From: Lama guanicoe
Taxonomy: Eukaryota
DNA: 64,000 nucleotides
NCBI GenBank assembly: GCA_013239625.1
Contig: MU053917.1
Coordinates: forward strand, 20,170-84,169
Direction of reading: 5' to 3'
Part shown: in pieces, positions 37,767 to 51,676 of the stretch
Position numbering within the stretch: position 1 is the first letter of the stretch
Layout: each line of letters begins with the position of its first letter
Made by a program: the position numbers and the translations under genes
Notes under the pieces: model-generated
What the model saw: only the letters and a program-made list of their open reading frames with translations
Database searches by the model: none
What the model was told of the DNA's origin: nothing

Positions 37767-39682
37767 GTTGGTTCGGTGTTTAGGGCTGATCTTTTGATGG
37801 GTTTCCCTCACCTCTTCTCTCTCGGTGCTGGGTTCCTTCTCTGTCCTAAAGCCCAGTGAGTAGCATGGGGACTGCATCTCTGCCGAGCTCCTGGCTCTCA
37901 TATCTCCTGGCTGAGTTCAAAAGCCTGAATCCTGTCTCCAGACCCCTCAGCCGCTGCCTACGCGTGGCCTTGGAGGGACAGGTTGCTCTGACCCACGTCG
38001 ACATCAGCCCAGAACCCCCACTGCCGTCTCCCGCCCCGCCCGCTGGGGCTGCCCCCTGGGTGTTGCCTGCGTCACCGGCCCAGCAGGAAGCACCGTAGCA
38101 CCTGCTGGCCTCGGGGGGCCCTGGCCCATCTCTGCAGTTGGCTCCTCTGCTTCTCTTGCTCATTCGCCTCAGTTAGCTCTGGGTTCCGTCTGATGTGCCC
38201 ACACGTATCGTGACAGTGACAACTCATAGGGGAAGAAGGCACAGGAAGGGGAGGCGAGGGGCCCTCACGTCTGTTTGGGATTTGATGCCCTGTGAATCCC
38301 TGGGGACGTGCCCCTTCGCTTTCCCGCTTTGGCTGGTGTCTCTGGAAACCTTCCTGAGAACACGGGGAGCCTCCGCTTCTCTTAGACCCCGTGTTGTTCA
38401 CTGGAGATGTCTGCGTTCAGGGCTAGCATCGCTGTAGAGGAATAATGAGTCAGTGTGAGTGAGTAGCTTGTCTGCACCGCACACCGGCCCTGGGGCACCC
38501 GCTCCCTGGTCACCGTGCCGTCCTGACTGCGTGCCGAGCGCCTCGGGGTGACGGCACAGCGCAGCTAGACGGGGCCGCAGAAGGGCTCGGCGCAGGGCTC
38601 TCGCTGCATCCGTCTCACATCTCACAGGATTCGGGCCCGGAGCCTGAGCTGCGTGCGCCCTCGTCGTCTTTAGGAGCTGATTCTCATGCCGTGACGACAC
38701 GTGGCTTTCACGTTTAGCGTGTCACAGCGCTCGCTTCATGGGAACTCTATCTGAGTGTAGATTATAAAGTGGAGCGTCTCTAAATTGCCCGAGTCCATCG
38801 TGCGAGGCAAACGTGAAACGAAGGTGATCAGGCGAGGATGCGACGAGAGGGAGTCGGTCTGGCTGCGAGGCCGGACCGCGCCGCTGGCTTCCGTGTGACC
38901 GTAAGCAAGTACCCGTCTGGTGTCGCTTCCCTCTGGCAGGAGAGTCGTGTCATCATTCCGTGTATGTGTGCAGATTCGTTGAGAGGAAGCATCGTCAGTT
39001 CCAGGAAAAAAAGCTTTTGCGGAGCACACGTCCAGGCACGTGCTTTCCTTCCTTCCTGGCAGGAGGGCCAGTTGGTGACTGTTGGTCTAAGATTTTCTAA
39101 TGTCCTGAAGTTGGTAATAAACAGGTGACGTCACGTGGTGCTGGGTGAGGTCTGAGACCTCCTCCTGGGGTCTCATACCTCTGCTTATCCAGGTACCGAG
39201 GCAAATCTGACCATCCCATCACTGTAAAGGACTGTCGTCTCTGCTTTTCATCCTTCTTTTCTTTTCTTTTCCTTTTTCAGTTGTCGGTATTGTGGAATAT
39301 AATTACCACACGATGGAATTGTCTGTGTGTGATGAAACGCCTTCCCCCCTTAATGCTTTGAAGGCCCTCCTGTTCTTCCCTACGAAACCCCTGCCACCCT
39401 CAGATTCACCACACACCTTTCACGGACCCTCTTTCCCCGGTGCTGCCTGGGAGGCGCTCTCCCAGCCCAGGAGGAAGCAGTAAGAACGCAGCGGGTGAAT
39501 GGCGAGGGGCCACGTCGCTGCTGAGAAAATGCGTGTGAATCGTCTGCGTGGCGTTTGTCCACGTGCCGGGTGTCCCGCGGTTTGCGGGTCTCAGAGTGCA
39601 GGGGTGAGATTGTGCGTGTGTGGGCTTTAGGTGCGTAAACCGTAGGAACTTCAGCCAGCAGTTCGCAGGGGTGTATGTATGT

Positions 39683-39704
39683 ACACACACACACACACAC
39701 ACAC
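39683..39704. repeat. (CA)n microsatellite
   Basis: Pure AC run read directly. Confidence 0.95.
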
Positions 39705-41419
39705 ATTTGTGTGTTCTCCCTCGTTTTCATACACACAGCTCAAGAGCATATGAACAGTGCTCGAAAAGGAGTGGGATTTGTCGTGCAGTCTGGTGATTTC
39801 AGGTTGAACTTTGGGGATGTCCTCAGTGTCTACAGGGAGGGGAGGAAGCAGCGTGAGAAGCAAGCACGCTTTGTCCTTCTCCATCTGAAGTCTGGTAACG
39901 CGAGCTTTATAGTCGGTTGGCTTCAGTGTTTATAGTGCCAACGAGGCCAGTCTTCTCAGATTCGATCCCTAGGCCAGCTAAGTGTATTGATTTTTCTTAA
40001 GAGCGAGTCAGGCATGAGAAGAAACATTGTGAGAGCAGTAGACTGTGTGGCTTTCTGTCCTTTATATATGGAGCACATTTTATTACTCTTACCCCCTGTG
40101 CTAATGTTAAAGTACCACGGAAAAAATCAGATTTAACCAATGGTGCCTAGAACAAGAAGAAAAATAGGTAAGACTTGAGACCACATATTATGTTTTGAGC
40201 TTGTAATTTTGAGTTCAAAAGAAATTTCCTTAGCTATAAAAAGTGAGTGGGTTTTAAATAGTCTAATCAGGCAATCACCTGTTGCTCACCTGTGTTTACA
40301 AAGAGCAAAGGGAGAACCAGAAGTGTTCTGTACGTGTTGCTTAATTAGTCCGATTAAACACCTGCCTGAGACATCCTGGCTCAGTAGGTCCCCCTTCTCA
40401 GAGTCACTAGCACATGGCTAAAAATACAATTTTTCCAAATGTAAATATTTAACTTTAAAAATTGTTGAACTATTCTCCATACTGTGTATGAAAAAAATGT
40501 ATATGAATTATGCATTGCTTACAACACACAAAAAAATAGACTCTGCAATTAAGCTCATTTAATGGTGCTATTTACAGGAATATTCAGTTCACAAGCTTAT
40601 AAAAACATAATGGGAAAAAAAGTAAGGTGCATGTCTAAAGAAAATTATGAGGAATTTCACAAAATACTTGGGTGAAAAACTGGAGTGGGCCCCCAGGGGG
40701 CAGCAGGACCCCCATAAGCCCCAGAGTGCTTTGGGTAAAGCACCCAAATTATTCTGAAAATCCCCAAAAGGAGGTTTCAGATACTCCTTTGTTAACCCCT
40801 CTGAATTTTGACCTCAGAAAATTCATTGCTAAATTAATACTCTCCCAATTCTGTAGTGTATCTGAGTGGATACAGAGAACAGATTTCAGATCTTTATGCC
40901 CCACATTGACCATCATGAACCACAAGTCAAGAACTGAATTTCGTTAAGATACGGAATGTAGGAGTTTGAAGTCACTTAGGATAATTTTTAAGTTTGAGCT
41001 GAGGAAAAGAAAAAGAGATTCATTGTCCTGAGAATCTCACAGGTAGTGAGTGGGTGGGGCTCATTATTGTTCTTGGGACCCCTCCTTTGTTGCAGAGCTG
41101 AGTGCTTTAAGCTGTCAGATTTAAACTTCTCAACATCCCTGTGAGGTATATGACATTGCCCTCGTTTTTCAAAAGAGGAAGCCAAGTCTCTGATGCAGTC
41201 ATTTCTCACCCAGATGAGACCTGGCAGCTCCACAGCCTGCATCCTCTCCACTGCCACATGCCACTGCCTTTTACTGACGACTTGCTCCGCAGTGTTGCTT
41301 CGGTCCCGATCCTCTACACCCATTCTGCAGTTTCAGAAATGCTCATCCACTTTTTTTAAAATCCATGGTTTTTATTTTGCCAGTATCTCCACAACATCAT
41401 GTGTAACTTTTTAAACTTC

Positions 41420-42147
41420 TGTTTTTTTAAATTGAAGTATAGTTAGTTACCTATGTGTCAATTTCTGGTGCACAGCATAATGTCCCAGTCATGCATATAC
41501 ATACACACATATATTCCTTTTCATAACAGGTTATTATAAGATGTTGAGTATAGTTCCCTGTGCTATACAGAATAAATTTGCTTTTTATCTATTTTTATAT
41601 ATAGTGGCTAACGTTTGCAAATCTCAAACTCCCAAATTTATCCCTTCCCACCTCCTTTCCCTAGGTAACCGTAAGATTGTTTACTATGTCTGCAAGTCTA
41701 TCTGTTTTGTAAATGAGTTCATTAGTGTCCTGTTTTTCTTTTTTCAGATTCCACATATGAATGCTATCATATGGTATATTTCTTTCTCTTTCTGCCTTAT
41801 TTCACTTAGAATGATAATTTCCAGGACCATCCATGTTGCTGCAAATGGCATTAGTTTACTCTTTTTTGTGGCTGAGTAGTATTCCATTGTATAAGTATAC
41901 CACACTTCTTTATCCAGGCATCTGTCACTGGACATTTAGGTTGCTTCTGTGTCTTGGCTATTGTAAATAGTGCTGCTGTGAACACTGGGGTGCATGTGTC
42001 TTTTGAAATTAGACTTCCCTCTGGATATATGCCCAGGAGTGGGATTGCTGGATCATATGGTAAGTCTGTTTTTAGTTTTTTAAGGAATTTCCATACTGTT
42101 TTCCATAACGGCTGCACCAAACTACATTCCCAGCAGCAGTGTAGGAG
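41420..42147 (-). mobile_element. 5'-truncated LINE-1
   Basis: ORF 41851..42120 [32 protein letters not shown]; 3' UTR and T tail. Confidence 0.95.
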
Positions 42148-45100
42148 ACTTTTTCAAGAGAAATGATACTTGGAATTAGAAAATGAGATGCTTCCTTTTT
42201 TGGTGAGTTGTCCAAATACATGTTCACGAGCAGAGTCTAGACAGGGTAATTACAATCTGCCCATTTCCCCCTTTACAATCCCCTAGAACCTTGAGCCTTT
42301 GAGAAGTGATGCTTAAGGAGTGCAGCTAGACGACACGCCTGTGCACTCAAGTGTAGGGCTGGCATTCTGTCCACAACGAGATGACCCTGCAGTGAAATGT
42401 CAATGTGGTCTTTATTCAAGCCATTGGCATTTTACCAGACGTTTGGAGCTTAATGAGAGGATAATAATGTACTCTTACATATCAAGATTCAAGAAATGTC
42501 AGTGGATATAATGATGATCTCTTTGGGGGAAAAAAGAGGGGCCGTTTGGGTATGTCACGCACACTGTAGTGAAACTGTGTAGCCACATCCATTTTCTGCC
42601 CATAAAGTACAGTTGGTTTTGGTCTTAGAAATTTGTACTGTGTGTAAACTAAGGCAGGTGTGTGTTGAGCATTATCTTAGGGGAAGAAACTGCCAGACAA
42701 AGTAACACTTGAAATCTCCGTGCTTGGTGGTGTTATCTGAGTCAGAGAGAGAACACTTTGTTTCCTGATTCAAGCAGACACCTGTGGTGTGTGTAAGGAG
42801 CTGGGCGTATCTGGGGGACATTTATTGTTTAGGGGTCTGTTAAGGAAGGAATAAGGTGGCATCATCCATCGTGATTAATTTGGGTTCCAGAGCAGAGACT
42901 ACTCCACAAAAGAATGAGGTTTTGGTGGGGTTCTTCTGCTTGTTGTTTTGGAAGAAACTTTCTAAATATGGTGGTGGAGAAGCGTAGTTTTTACCCCAAA
43001 CTCAGTAGGTTTTCTGTTAAATCCCCCCTGTGGCTTGCAACTATCATCCCCTTTACGTGAGACGAGTAATGTCAGTTCCGTTCCAAGAAGTGCTAATGGC
43101 TTCTATGGTTTTCTTTTTGGTGTTAATTCCAGCTATGACTTTTTTGAGTTCACCAAGAATCTAGAGTTCCTAATTAGTACTTCCAAATGATGGCTTGAAA
43201 TTTACATCTCAAATATACTATAGTTAGCAGCTGGAATTTGACAGTATTTTAAAAATATGTGTTATATGAAAAAAACCGTGAAAGTCAAAGTAGCGTGGTA
43301 AAAATTGCAGCCTGTGTCTTCTGTGCGTGTGTGTTGAGTGTGCACTTGTGCACACGCAAGGGGGGAGGGGAGGGAGGAGGGAAAGTAAGGACACACTTAA
43401 TGGCTGCTGCAAAGTAATGAGAAAACGAACAAATCGTTTTTATTTCATAAGATAAAGTTTCTATCCCTACGTTCCTGCTGGATTAGAAGTTTCGATCAGC
43501 TCGATCTTTTAGCTAACCTGGCACTGATTGGAACGTATTTTTTACTTATTGCGGTCTCAGATTTGTGTCTCCTCTTTCTTGTAACGGTCTATTTTGTTTC
43601 ATTTTATTTCAGCCTTCGTAAATCCAAAATAGTGACTCGTTAACATAGTTTAGTCATTTTTCAATTGTTAGGGACATTAAAAACAGCATGGGGTTTCCTC
43701 AGATGGGCACTGATGGTCAGAACAATTCAGGGGTTTTAAAGACAGAAATGTTTTCTTACTCACTTAAAGTCCCTGCTTCTAAGCTGTTGCTCCTTCAGTG
43801 AATTCTGCCGTTGCTTCTGTGTCTTAATTTTGAGTATCTTTTCTCATCGCCCTAAGAGTAGACATTGCACGTTGTGCAGATTCTAGGAAAATCTAGTAGG
43901 CTTTTAGCAGATCCTGTAAACAAGTTTATTTCTTGGGATTGTTTGATTTGCTGTGTTCTGTCAAATCTCAGATGCCGTCAATTATAAGATATATATTTAA
44001 GTACCTTTAAGAAAAAAATAAAATTCTATCAAATATACCTTCTTAGTGACACAGGTTGTAGGAGTCATCCTTATTGTTTGCATATGTAGAAGTGTGGGGA
44101 AAAAGTAAATCTTAGAATTGACAGAATATATTTTACTGTCTTCCATAAGAAAAGTTTAGACTTTATTAGACTTCAGGTATATAAAGTACTGGAAGGTTAA
44201 CATGCCTTGAAGGAAAATGATTAAAAAAAAAACACCAAAAACCAAGATGAATGTAAGTATGGATAAGGAGCAAAGACTGAGACTAATTCAGTAATAATAA
44301 TCGTCAAATTGCATGCTTTATAATGGGGACCATATACTTGGGTCAAGCTTTTCTTAATTGAAGTCAGTGTGAAAAAGAATAATTAATTTATTCCACAATT
44401 TAATGCCCATGAAATAAAATCAAACCAGGTTCTAAGGAGAAAAATAAATAAAGCTCCAATATTCTTGGTACTAAAATCATACAAAGATTTGTCTGCATAA
44501 CGTAAAGAATGGTACCTTAGCTGTAACCGCAGGGCGCACACAGCTTCCTAAAACCCTTTGTGGGGCTGCCTCTCCACCGAGGTCACTGGTATCACACGAA
44601 GGCAGGTGGAGACGTTTCCATCAGTGTCCAGTATAATAACGTGTCTCTCTGCTTGTCTGCTTTACATTAGTGTGGTTGGGGTATTATAATCGGTGGAGAG
44701 AGAGTTGGACTGAACGTCCTTCAAGCCAAAGTAAATGTTGTTTCTCTCAGATAAGCTTTTGGGTGGCAGTGAATCTAGACCGTATTCCCTGGAGATTACA
44801 TCAAGTTAAGTCCCTCAAGCTGCTACTTTAACGTGACACAGCTCGCCTGAGCAGGGAGTGGAGAAAATGTTAGTTTAACATCTTCTAAGGGAAACTGAGT
44901 TTCTTCTGAAGAAAAAGTGCCTAAAGAGAAGGGCCCCCTGTTGCGCCTTGGCTTACAGCCACTCTGGAGAGATTCCTGCTGGGAAATAAGTTTGCGTCAC
45001 TTCTGACCTGCAGGATGGATGGTCCAGTGCCCAGTTGTTCTACTCTGTAAATTGCAGCCGCAGAAAGTTTAGCCCAGAAAAAAGAAAGAAAGAAATAGAT

Positions 45101-45204
45101 AGGTATAACTGGCTATTACTGCTCTTGGCCTTAGAAACACCTCAACACCGGTCATAGCATTTCTGCCGTGGGGTTAATTTCTGAAATCTACTTTTTGGTA
45201 TTAT

Positions 45205-45665
45205 GGATCTTCCTTGACTTGCAATGGGGTTGTGTCCCAATAAGGTCATCGTTTCAGCTGAAAATATCGTCGGGGCAAATTCATTTACTGTCACTACCCT
45301 ACTGAACGTCATAGCTTAGTGCCGTCTGCCTTTAATGTGCTCAGAGCAGAGCTTACCGTTGGGCAAATTATGTGGCACAAAGCTGTGAAGTGTCGAAGAG
45401 CTTATTGAATCCTGTGCTGAAAGTGAAAAACGGGGTGGTTGTGCGGGTACAGAACGGTCAAGGTTCCCTTCCTCTCCCCTGCGCTCCCGTCGCTGAGCGG
45501 GGGCTGTGGCCGCCGCTGCCCGGCATCGTGAGAGAGCGCCCTGCCGCGTAGCGCTGACCTGGGAAGCGGTGAGAAATCAGAATTCAGAGTGTGGTTTCTA
45601 CTGAAGGCATGTGGCTTTCTCACCACTGTAAAGTCGGAAAATCAGTTAAGTCGAAGTGTATCTGT
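45205..45665 (+). mobile_element. MER47/Tigger5-family DNA transposon remnant
   Basis: cttgacttgcaatggggttgtgtcccaataa ... tgaaaatatcgt ... catagcttag ... ctgaaagtgaaaaac ... ggtttctactgaa ... gtaaagtcggaaaatc match recalled MER47A/Tigger5. Confidence 0.8.
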
Positions 45666-45761
45666 ATGTTCTTCAAGATAAAGTATTTGGGAAGCATATA
45701 CCAAAGCAACCGAGAGAAGGCTCGCCTTGGACCTCATTGAGCAGGTCAGGGTGAGCCTGCA

Positions 45762-45777
45762 AATAATAATAATAATA

Positions 45778-45819
<42 letters not shown>

Positions 45820-45823
45820 TAAT
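45762..45823. repeat. (AAT)n microsatellite
   Basis: Near-perfect AAT run read directly. Confidence 0.95.
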
Positions 45824-47409
45824 AACAGCAACTTCAACGGCATACGTCATGTATAGGCTCTCTTTACAGCCATACGTAACCAGCACCAGTCCAGGTCTGT
45901 TTCAGATTAAATGACAAAACCTTGTCTTCAGAGCTGAAGAATGCCTGCCTGCAGGACTTGGGCGTCAATGAACATACATCCTGATCTGCACTGTCAGTGT
46001 CAGCCACCTGGGAGGAAATTTCAAAGGCAAAGAGGATAATTCTGATTTCTGCCTTCTGTAAACTGCCAGTGCATGATTAAACGACCGTTTCTTTGTGTTT
46101 TGATTCTCAGTTTTAAAGCTGTGGAAGGATCAGTAACTAGTTCTTACGATGTACTTCTGTTTGTCTAAAACGGGATGTGGAGTTTTGTCTGGGAAGCAAG
46201 ACCAGTTCATAGGAAATGCTGGCGTCATCGTTTCTGCCACACGGAAGTCTTACTTCAGTGACTAGTGAGGTCACGGAAATCTGTGTTATCGCCTCCTTTC
46301 GCTCAGGCACTGGTGTCACCGCGCTGGTCTTATTTCCTCCAAAGTGCACCACATGCGCGTGTCTCAGATGTCATGGAAAGTCCGTACTAGGAAATAATCT
46401 CTCATGGGTTTTCCCACAAGGGGAGCATTTACCTGCTCATGTGTTTTATAAGGAGAAGCACAAGCCGTATCTGTGTTGACCGTGTAACTGCTGGGTGACC
46501 AGTTCGGGTTGTCGAGGAACAATTCAAGGGAGACGTCATTTTGACGCATTGCTTGGCACTTGTTTAACTCGGCCGTTCTTAATACCTGACTGAAGATTTC
46601 TCCTCGAGGCTTCGTGTTATCAAATATATTCCCCTTGGAGCATTTAACTCTTTTCTATCTTAAGTTAGAAGAGTTTTCCTCTTTAAGGAATTCTTAAATT
46701 TATCTGCAGTTGCTCCTGGAATAGAAGAATTTGTTTTTGATCATTTTGTTTTCAAATATTCACCTCACAGTGCTCTTGATTTTTTTTTTCTTTTTTAAGC
46801 TGCAGCAGTAATCAGAGCCCTCTGTTACGTTAGCTGAGTGATTGTGACAAATGAAATGCTTCACAGCCGTGCAACAGTGGGATTCACAAAGGCTTCCTAC
46901 TCACATGTGCCAAGTGCATGAATCTAGCAAAACGGTGCTCAGGGTTATCAATGTTTTAGTTTTTTGCTCTTGGTTCTCCTTTAGTGGCTTCCTGGAGAGC
47001 TCAAATAATGGCTTGATTCATAGCATTCACATGTGTGTACTCTTGCTTCTGCAAGTGCCTCCTGGCTGCCTGGTCTGATAGAGGAGGGTGCCTTTCGACA
47101 ACTTGACCAGTGCATCAGCGGGTTGTTTTTGAGGACACGTGATCTGTGATGGCACCTGAAATAAGAGGAAAAGTTTGCCTTTGGAAAATCACTGCTCTGT
47201 CTCTCTCACTTTCTTTTGCTTCAGCTAGAGTGCTGTTTCTGAAAGTAAATCCATTAACCACGTATGTCCTAGTTCCCTGAGATTGGACGTGAGATGTCCT
47301 GCCAGAGACCTCCCTGGGCAGGAGCCCCGCAAGGTCTACAGATCCGCCTGCTGACAGGCATCTTGGTGATTCTGAGATGCGATGCCGTCTGATGATCGTG
47401 GTCCTAGAA

Positions 47410-47550
47410 TTCGGTGCTTCTCAGATTTTAATGTGCATATGAATTACTTAGGGTTCTCATTAAAATGCAGACTCCCTTTTAGTAGGTCTGGAGTGGGGCC
47501 TGAGAGTCTGCATTTCTGACAAGCCCCAAGTGACAGTGATGTCTCCGAAG
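47410..47550. mobile_element. MER5-family hAT MITE
   Basis: gtgcttctcagattttaatgtgcatatgaattac ... taaaatgcagact ... gtaggtctggagtggggcctgagagtctgcatttctgacaagc. Confidence 0.8.
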
Positions 47551-49761
47551 TGCACCTTCAGTTGCCTGCCCTTTGGGTGAGGCTTAGACAAACTACCCTG
47601 CTGCTGGCTCTGGGCAGATGGGACAGAGTGACCGAGACCAAGGCCTTGGTGCCCTCACTGTTGCTTGTTGTTTTGGAAGAAGTCTTCCCAGTCTGTCAAG
47701 CGTGTGCGTCTGGAAGCAGAGAACTGATCCGGTGGAAGAGACATGGTCAGATAAATTGTCATAAAAGCACTGTAAGAGAAAGAAAGGAGTGAAGTGGCGC
47801 TGGCTGCTGCATTCCCGACCGCCACCGTGCAGGAACGGGGCCCTGCTCCTAGGACATCAGGCGACGAGTCGTCTGCACCAGCCTGTGCCTCACGGGTTTA
47901 CCCTCAGATCCTACCATCACTGTGTCTGAGAACAGTGGTGCCCACCCTCTGGCTGTCACTGAGACTTTCCCATTGGCCGGGGTCCACCAGGACCCTCATT
48001 ATGTCCTGGTCCTAGGACCACGAACCACTTACGCTCTTATCTGTGAGCTACAGAATTTCTTCTTTGATGTGAGGTGGAGACATTGAGGAAATATTTAGGG
48101 GGGACTAGAGAAAACCAAGCATGCTTTTAAGCTAAGGCTGACGGGCCTACAGACAAGGGGCCGTGTTGAAGGTTTAGAGGGAAATTGGCTCGGCTAATGC
48201 CTCTGAATGATGTGGTCAGAAGATCGGGGTGATTTAAAAGGGCGGTGGTAGCAGCATGCCTTTCCTGGTGTAGGAGGGGGGAAGAAAAACATGGGCACAG
48301 AGAGAAGGGAGTTTGACGGTCCTTTTGAAAGCTCCCGGAGTTTAGAGAAGGAAAAGATTGTTACTAAGAGAATTAGCCAGGAGGTGTTTCCCGGACAAAG
48401 GAGAGTTGATGTGACAGATCAGTATGATAAGACAGAAATGACTTGATTCGGGGAACTTATCGGTTACCTTAGAGATCAGTTTAAGAAGTGCTCCAGGAGG
48501 TGTGGAAATGAAAGCGCAATTTCTGAGCAGTGTATGGAAAGAGAAAACGGACACTTTAACACGTGCACTGCTATTTAAAAAAATTTTTGGCAGTGACTAG
48601 TAAGACCTAAACCCCTCAGCTCGGCTCTCAGAGGCCTCAGAGGCTTTGCTCTGCTGCGTCTGTCCGACCTCGTCTCCTATGTCACATCCGAGTTCACCCT
48701 GTTGCTCTTGTCTCTGTGGCTGGAACGTTGTGTTTTCCTCTTTTCTCTGCCGCACAGCAGATGGGCTCACAGATCGTTAGCAAAGGAGAGCGTGTGGGTC
48801 TTGAGTGACGCTCGCCTGGGGTGGCATTTGGTGTGGGGACTGGGGAGAGAGCCTGGATAGGGTAAGGGGAGACGTACCATTCAACCAGGAGTTTCTACAG
48901 AATAACCACCTTTTACAAGTTTGCCAGCGAGCTGCCCTAGGCATTTAAAGGCCTGTAAGCACCGTCTCCCCAGGATGCAGCATCACACCGGTCGTCAGAC
49001 CTGGACCCGGGCAGCCAGCCTTCGCAGCTCACTGGGGTGTCCCTCTGCTGTTAAGACCGTCCTCTGTGTTCTCCCTTGCAGTGGTAATTTTCCTCACGCA
49101 GCAGTCTCTACCTTGTGTGACGGTTATCTCTGATAGTATGAGTGTGTGGTGATAGGATGTTTACAACTGGATTTTTCGCTGGGACTGCTGCTCTGCTAGG
49201 TTTGTACTGTTTAAATCTAATGTTTAGCCACCCAGCTCTTTGCTCCTAGAGTGGTTGTAATAGTTTGTCTTTTAACTCTTCTGCGTTTTCTTGATGCAGT
49301 CACGTTTTCTGCAAGGAATGAAGAATAACTTAGTCTCGACCATTCTAGTGCTTGTATCTTGTCCTTGTCTTTTCTTATCTAACTTGTTGACTCTGTCCTT
49401 CAGCGAAACACTGAATAGCAATGGGGAGGATGAACGATTATTTCCTTATTCAAAACTGATTAAGGCGTGAGCATTAATGGGGCCTCGTAACGCTCCTTCT
49501 GTTCTTCTCTCTCACGTCTCTTTACGTTCCGCCACACGCGGAGCTGAGAGCTCTTCCTAACGGAGGACTGAATTGATTTGCTTCATTTGAAAGTCATCAC
49601 ATGTTTCTTAGGACCTTCCTGGTCATGTCCCATGTTTATTTCTTCCCACATAACTGATAGCTCCTTACCGGCTTGTTATTATGAGCGTTGCCTGAATTGT
49701 GCTCGATAGAGTAATGCGCCGTGAGATAACAGGAAAAGTTGCACTTTGTTTGCCTTGCCAG

Positions 49762-50665
49762 NNNNNNNNNNNNNNNNNNNNNNNNNNNNNNNNNNNNNNN
49801 NNNNNNNNNNNNNNNNNNNNNNNNNNNNNNNNNNNNNNNNNNNNNNNNNNNNNNNNNNNNNNNNNNNNNNNNNNNNNNNNNNNNNNNNNNNNNNNNNNNN
49901 NNNNNNNNNNNNNNNNNNNNNNNNNNNNNNNNNNNNNNNNNNNNNNNNNNNNNNNNNNNNNNNNNNNNNNNNNNNNNNNNNNNNNNNNNNNNNNNNNNNN
50001 NNNNNNNNNNNNNNNNNNNNNNNNNNNNNNNNNNNNNNNNNNNNNNNNNNNNNNNNNNNNNNNNNNNNNNNNNNNNNNNNNNNNNNNNNNNNNNNNNNNN
50101 NNNNNNNNNNNNNNNNNNNNNNNNNNNNNNNNNNNNNNNNNNNNNNNNNNNNNNNNNNNNNNNNNNNNNNNNNNNNNNNNNNNNNNNNNNNNNNNNNNNN
50201 NNNNNNNNNNNNNNNNNNNNNNNNNNNNNNNNNNNNNNNNNNNNNNNNNNNNNNNNNNNNNNNNNNNNNNNNNNNNNNNNNNNNNNNNNNNNNNNNNNNN
50301 NNNNNNNNNNNNNNNNNNNNNNNNNNNNNNNNNNNNNNNNNNNNNNNNNNNNNNNNNNNNNNNNNNNNNNNNNNNNNNNNNNNNNNNNNNNNNNNNNNNN
50401 NNNNNNNNNNNNNNNNNNNNNNNNNNNNNNNNNNNNNNNNNNNNNNNNNNNNNNNNNNNNNNNNNNNNNNNNNNNNNNNNNNNNNNNNNNNNNNNNNNNN
50501 NNNNNNNNNNNNNNNNNNNNNNNNNNNNNNNNNNNNNNNNNNNNNNNNNNNNNNNNNNNNNNNNNNNNNNNNNNNNNNNNNNNNNNNNNNNNNNNNNNNN
50601 NNNNNNNNNNNNNNNNNNNNNNNNNNNNNNNNNNNNNNNNNNNNNNNNNNNNNNNNNNNNNNNNN
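49762..50665. other. Assembly gap (904 N)
   Basis: Run of N. Confidence 1.
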
Positions 50666-51676
50666 GTTCACTGTGACCTTAGTCACTTTGCTTGCTCTCG
50701 GATCTGAAGTAAAGAGCAGAAACTACAGCATTTGGAGCTTTGCTGGGGACTGACTTTCTTGGTAACCTCCAAAAAAACCTTTAGTCTGCTCGCCAGGACG
50801 CGTGCCGGTGACAGTGACCGCAGCCCCCGCGTTCTTATGAAGCGGATTAAAAAATGCAGAGGTGTCGATGGCTCGGTGAACAGAATGTGGAGCCGTGGCG
50901 TTCACTTCCCTTTCAGACTTCTCACTGCCAGAAAATAAAGGTTCAGAAGTACGTAGGAGAGAAGTTCTTTGTAAGATAGTAAAAGCTGTGTTACAAGATT
51001 AAGCAGCTCTAGATACAGAGCAGAAAGAGGTTTGGCAGCTGAGATCTGTATCCAAATTATAATACTTAGTCAAGGAGTGAGAAATTCAATCTGATTTCAG
51101 TTCTCAAAGTTTTAGCTGGTTAACGAAATCCGGGTACTGCGTCATTCAGTCCCTTCAAATCAAATTCACTGTTTTGATTTTATAAGATGGAATTCAGAGA
51201 TAGCAGAAGTCTTCCCGAAGTCCTCGGTGACTGACCCATGAGCAGAGGGCATCAGTGGCCCACCGTGTGTCGACCCCTCGCTCACCTCCGCCCTGACTCT
51301 GAGGCTCAGGATCGGGTACTGGTTCTCCTCACGCAAGGCTCAGAGGCGGTTCCACGTTGTGTTCTGTTGTATCTCCTCCCTGAGGCTGGCTACCCTGACC
51401 AGCACTGCACAGGTCAGTCTGCGAAGGCGCAGCCTCCAGTTGGCTGGAAATTTTGAGCTACTGGCACATCTGGCCTTCGTCCTGATGACCTGAGGTCATC
51501 TGCGTGAGGTGAATAGCAGTTCCTTTGCACGCAAGTCCGTGTCCTTCCACGTCTTCCGGAGGATGAGGCTGTTTGATGTGTGTGTGCAATGTCGTGAGCG
51601 AAGGCTGAGTAAAAATGGCGAGATGACAGTGCTGTTTCTTGGCAGTTAATTTCACAGTTGTCCTTTTATGTTTAAG

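Noticed and set aside
49679..50753. Four ORFs of 322-335 aa
   Set aside because: They are translations of the N gap.
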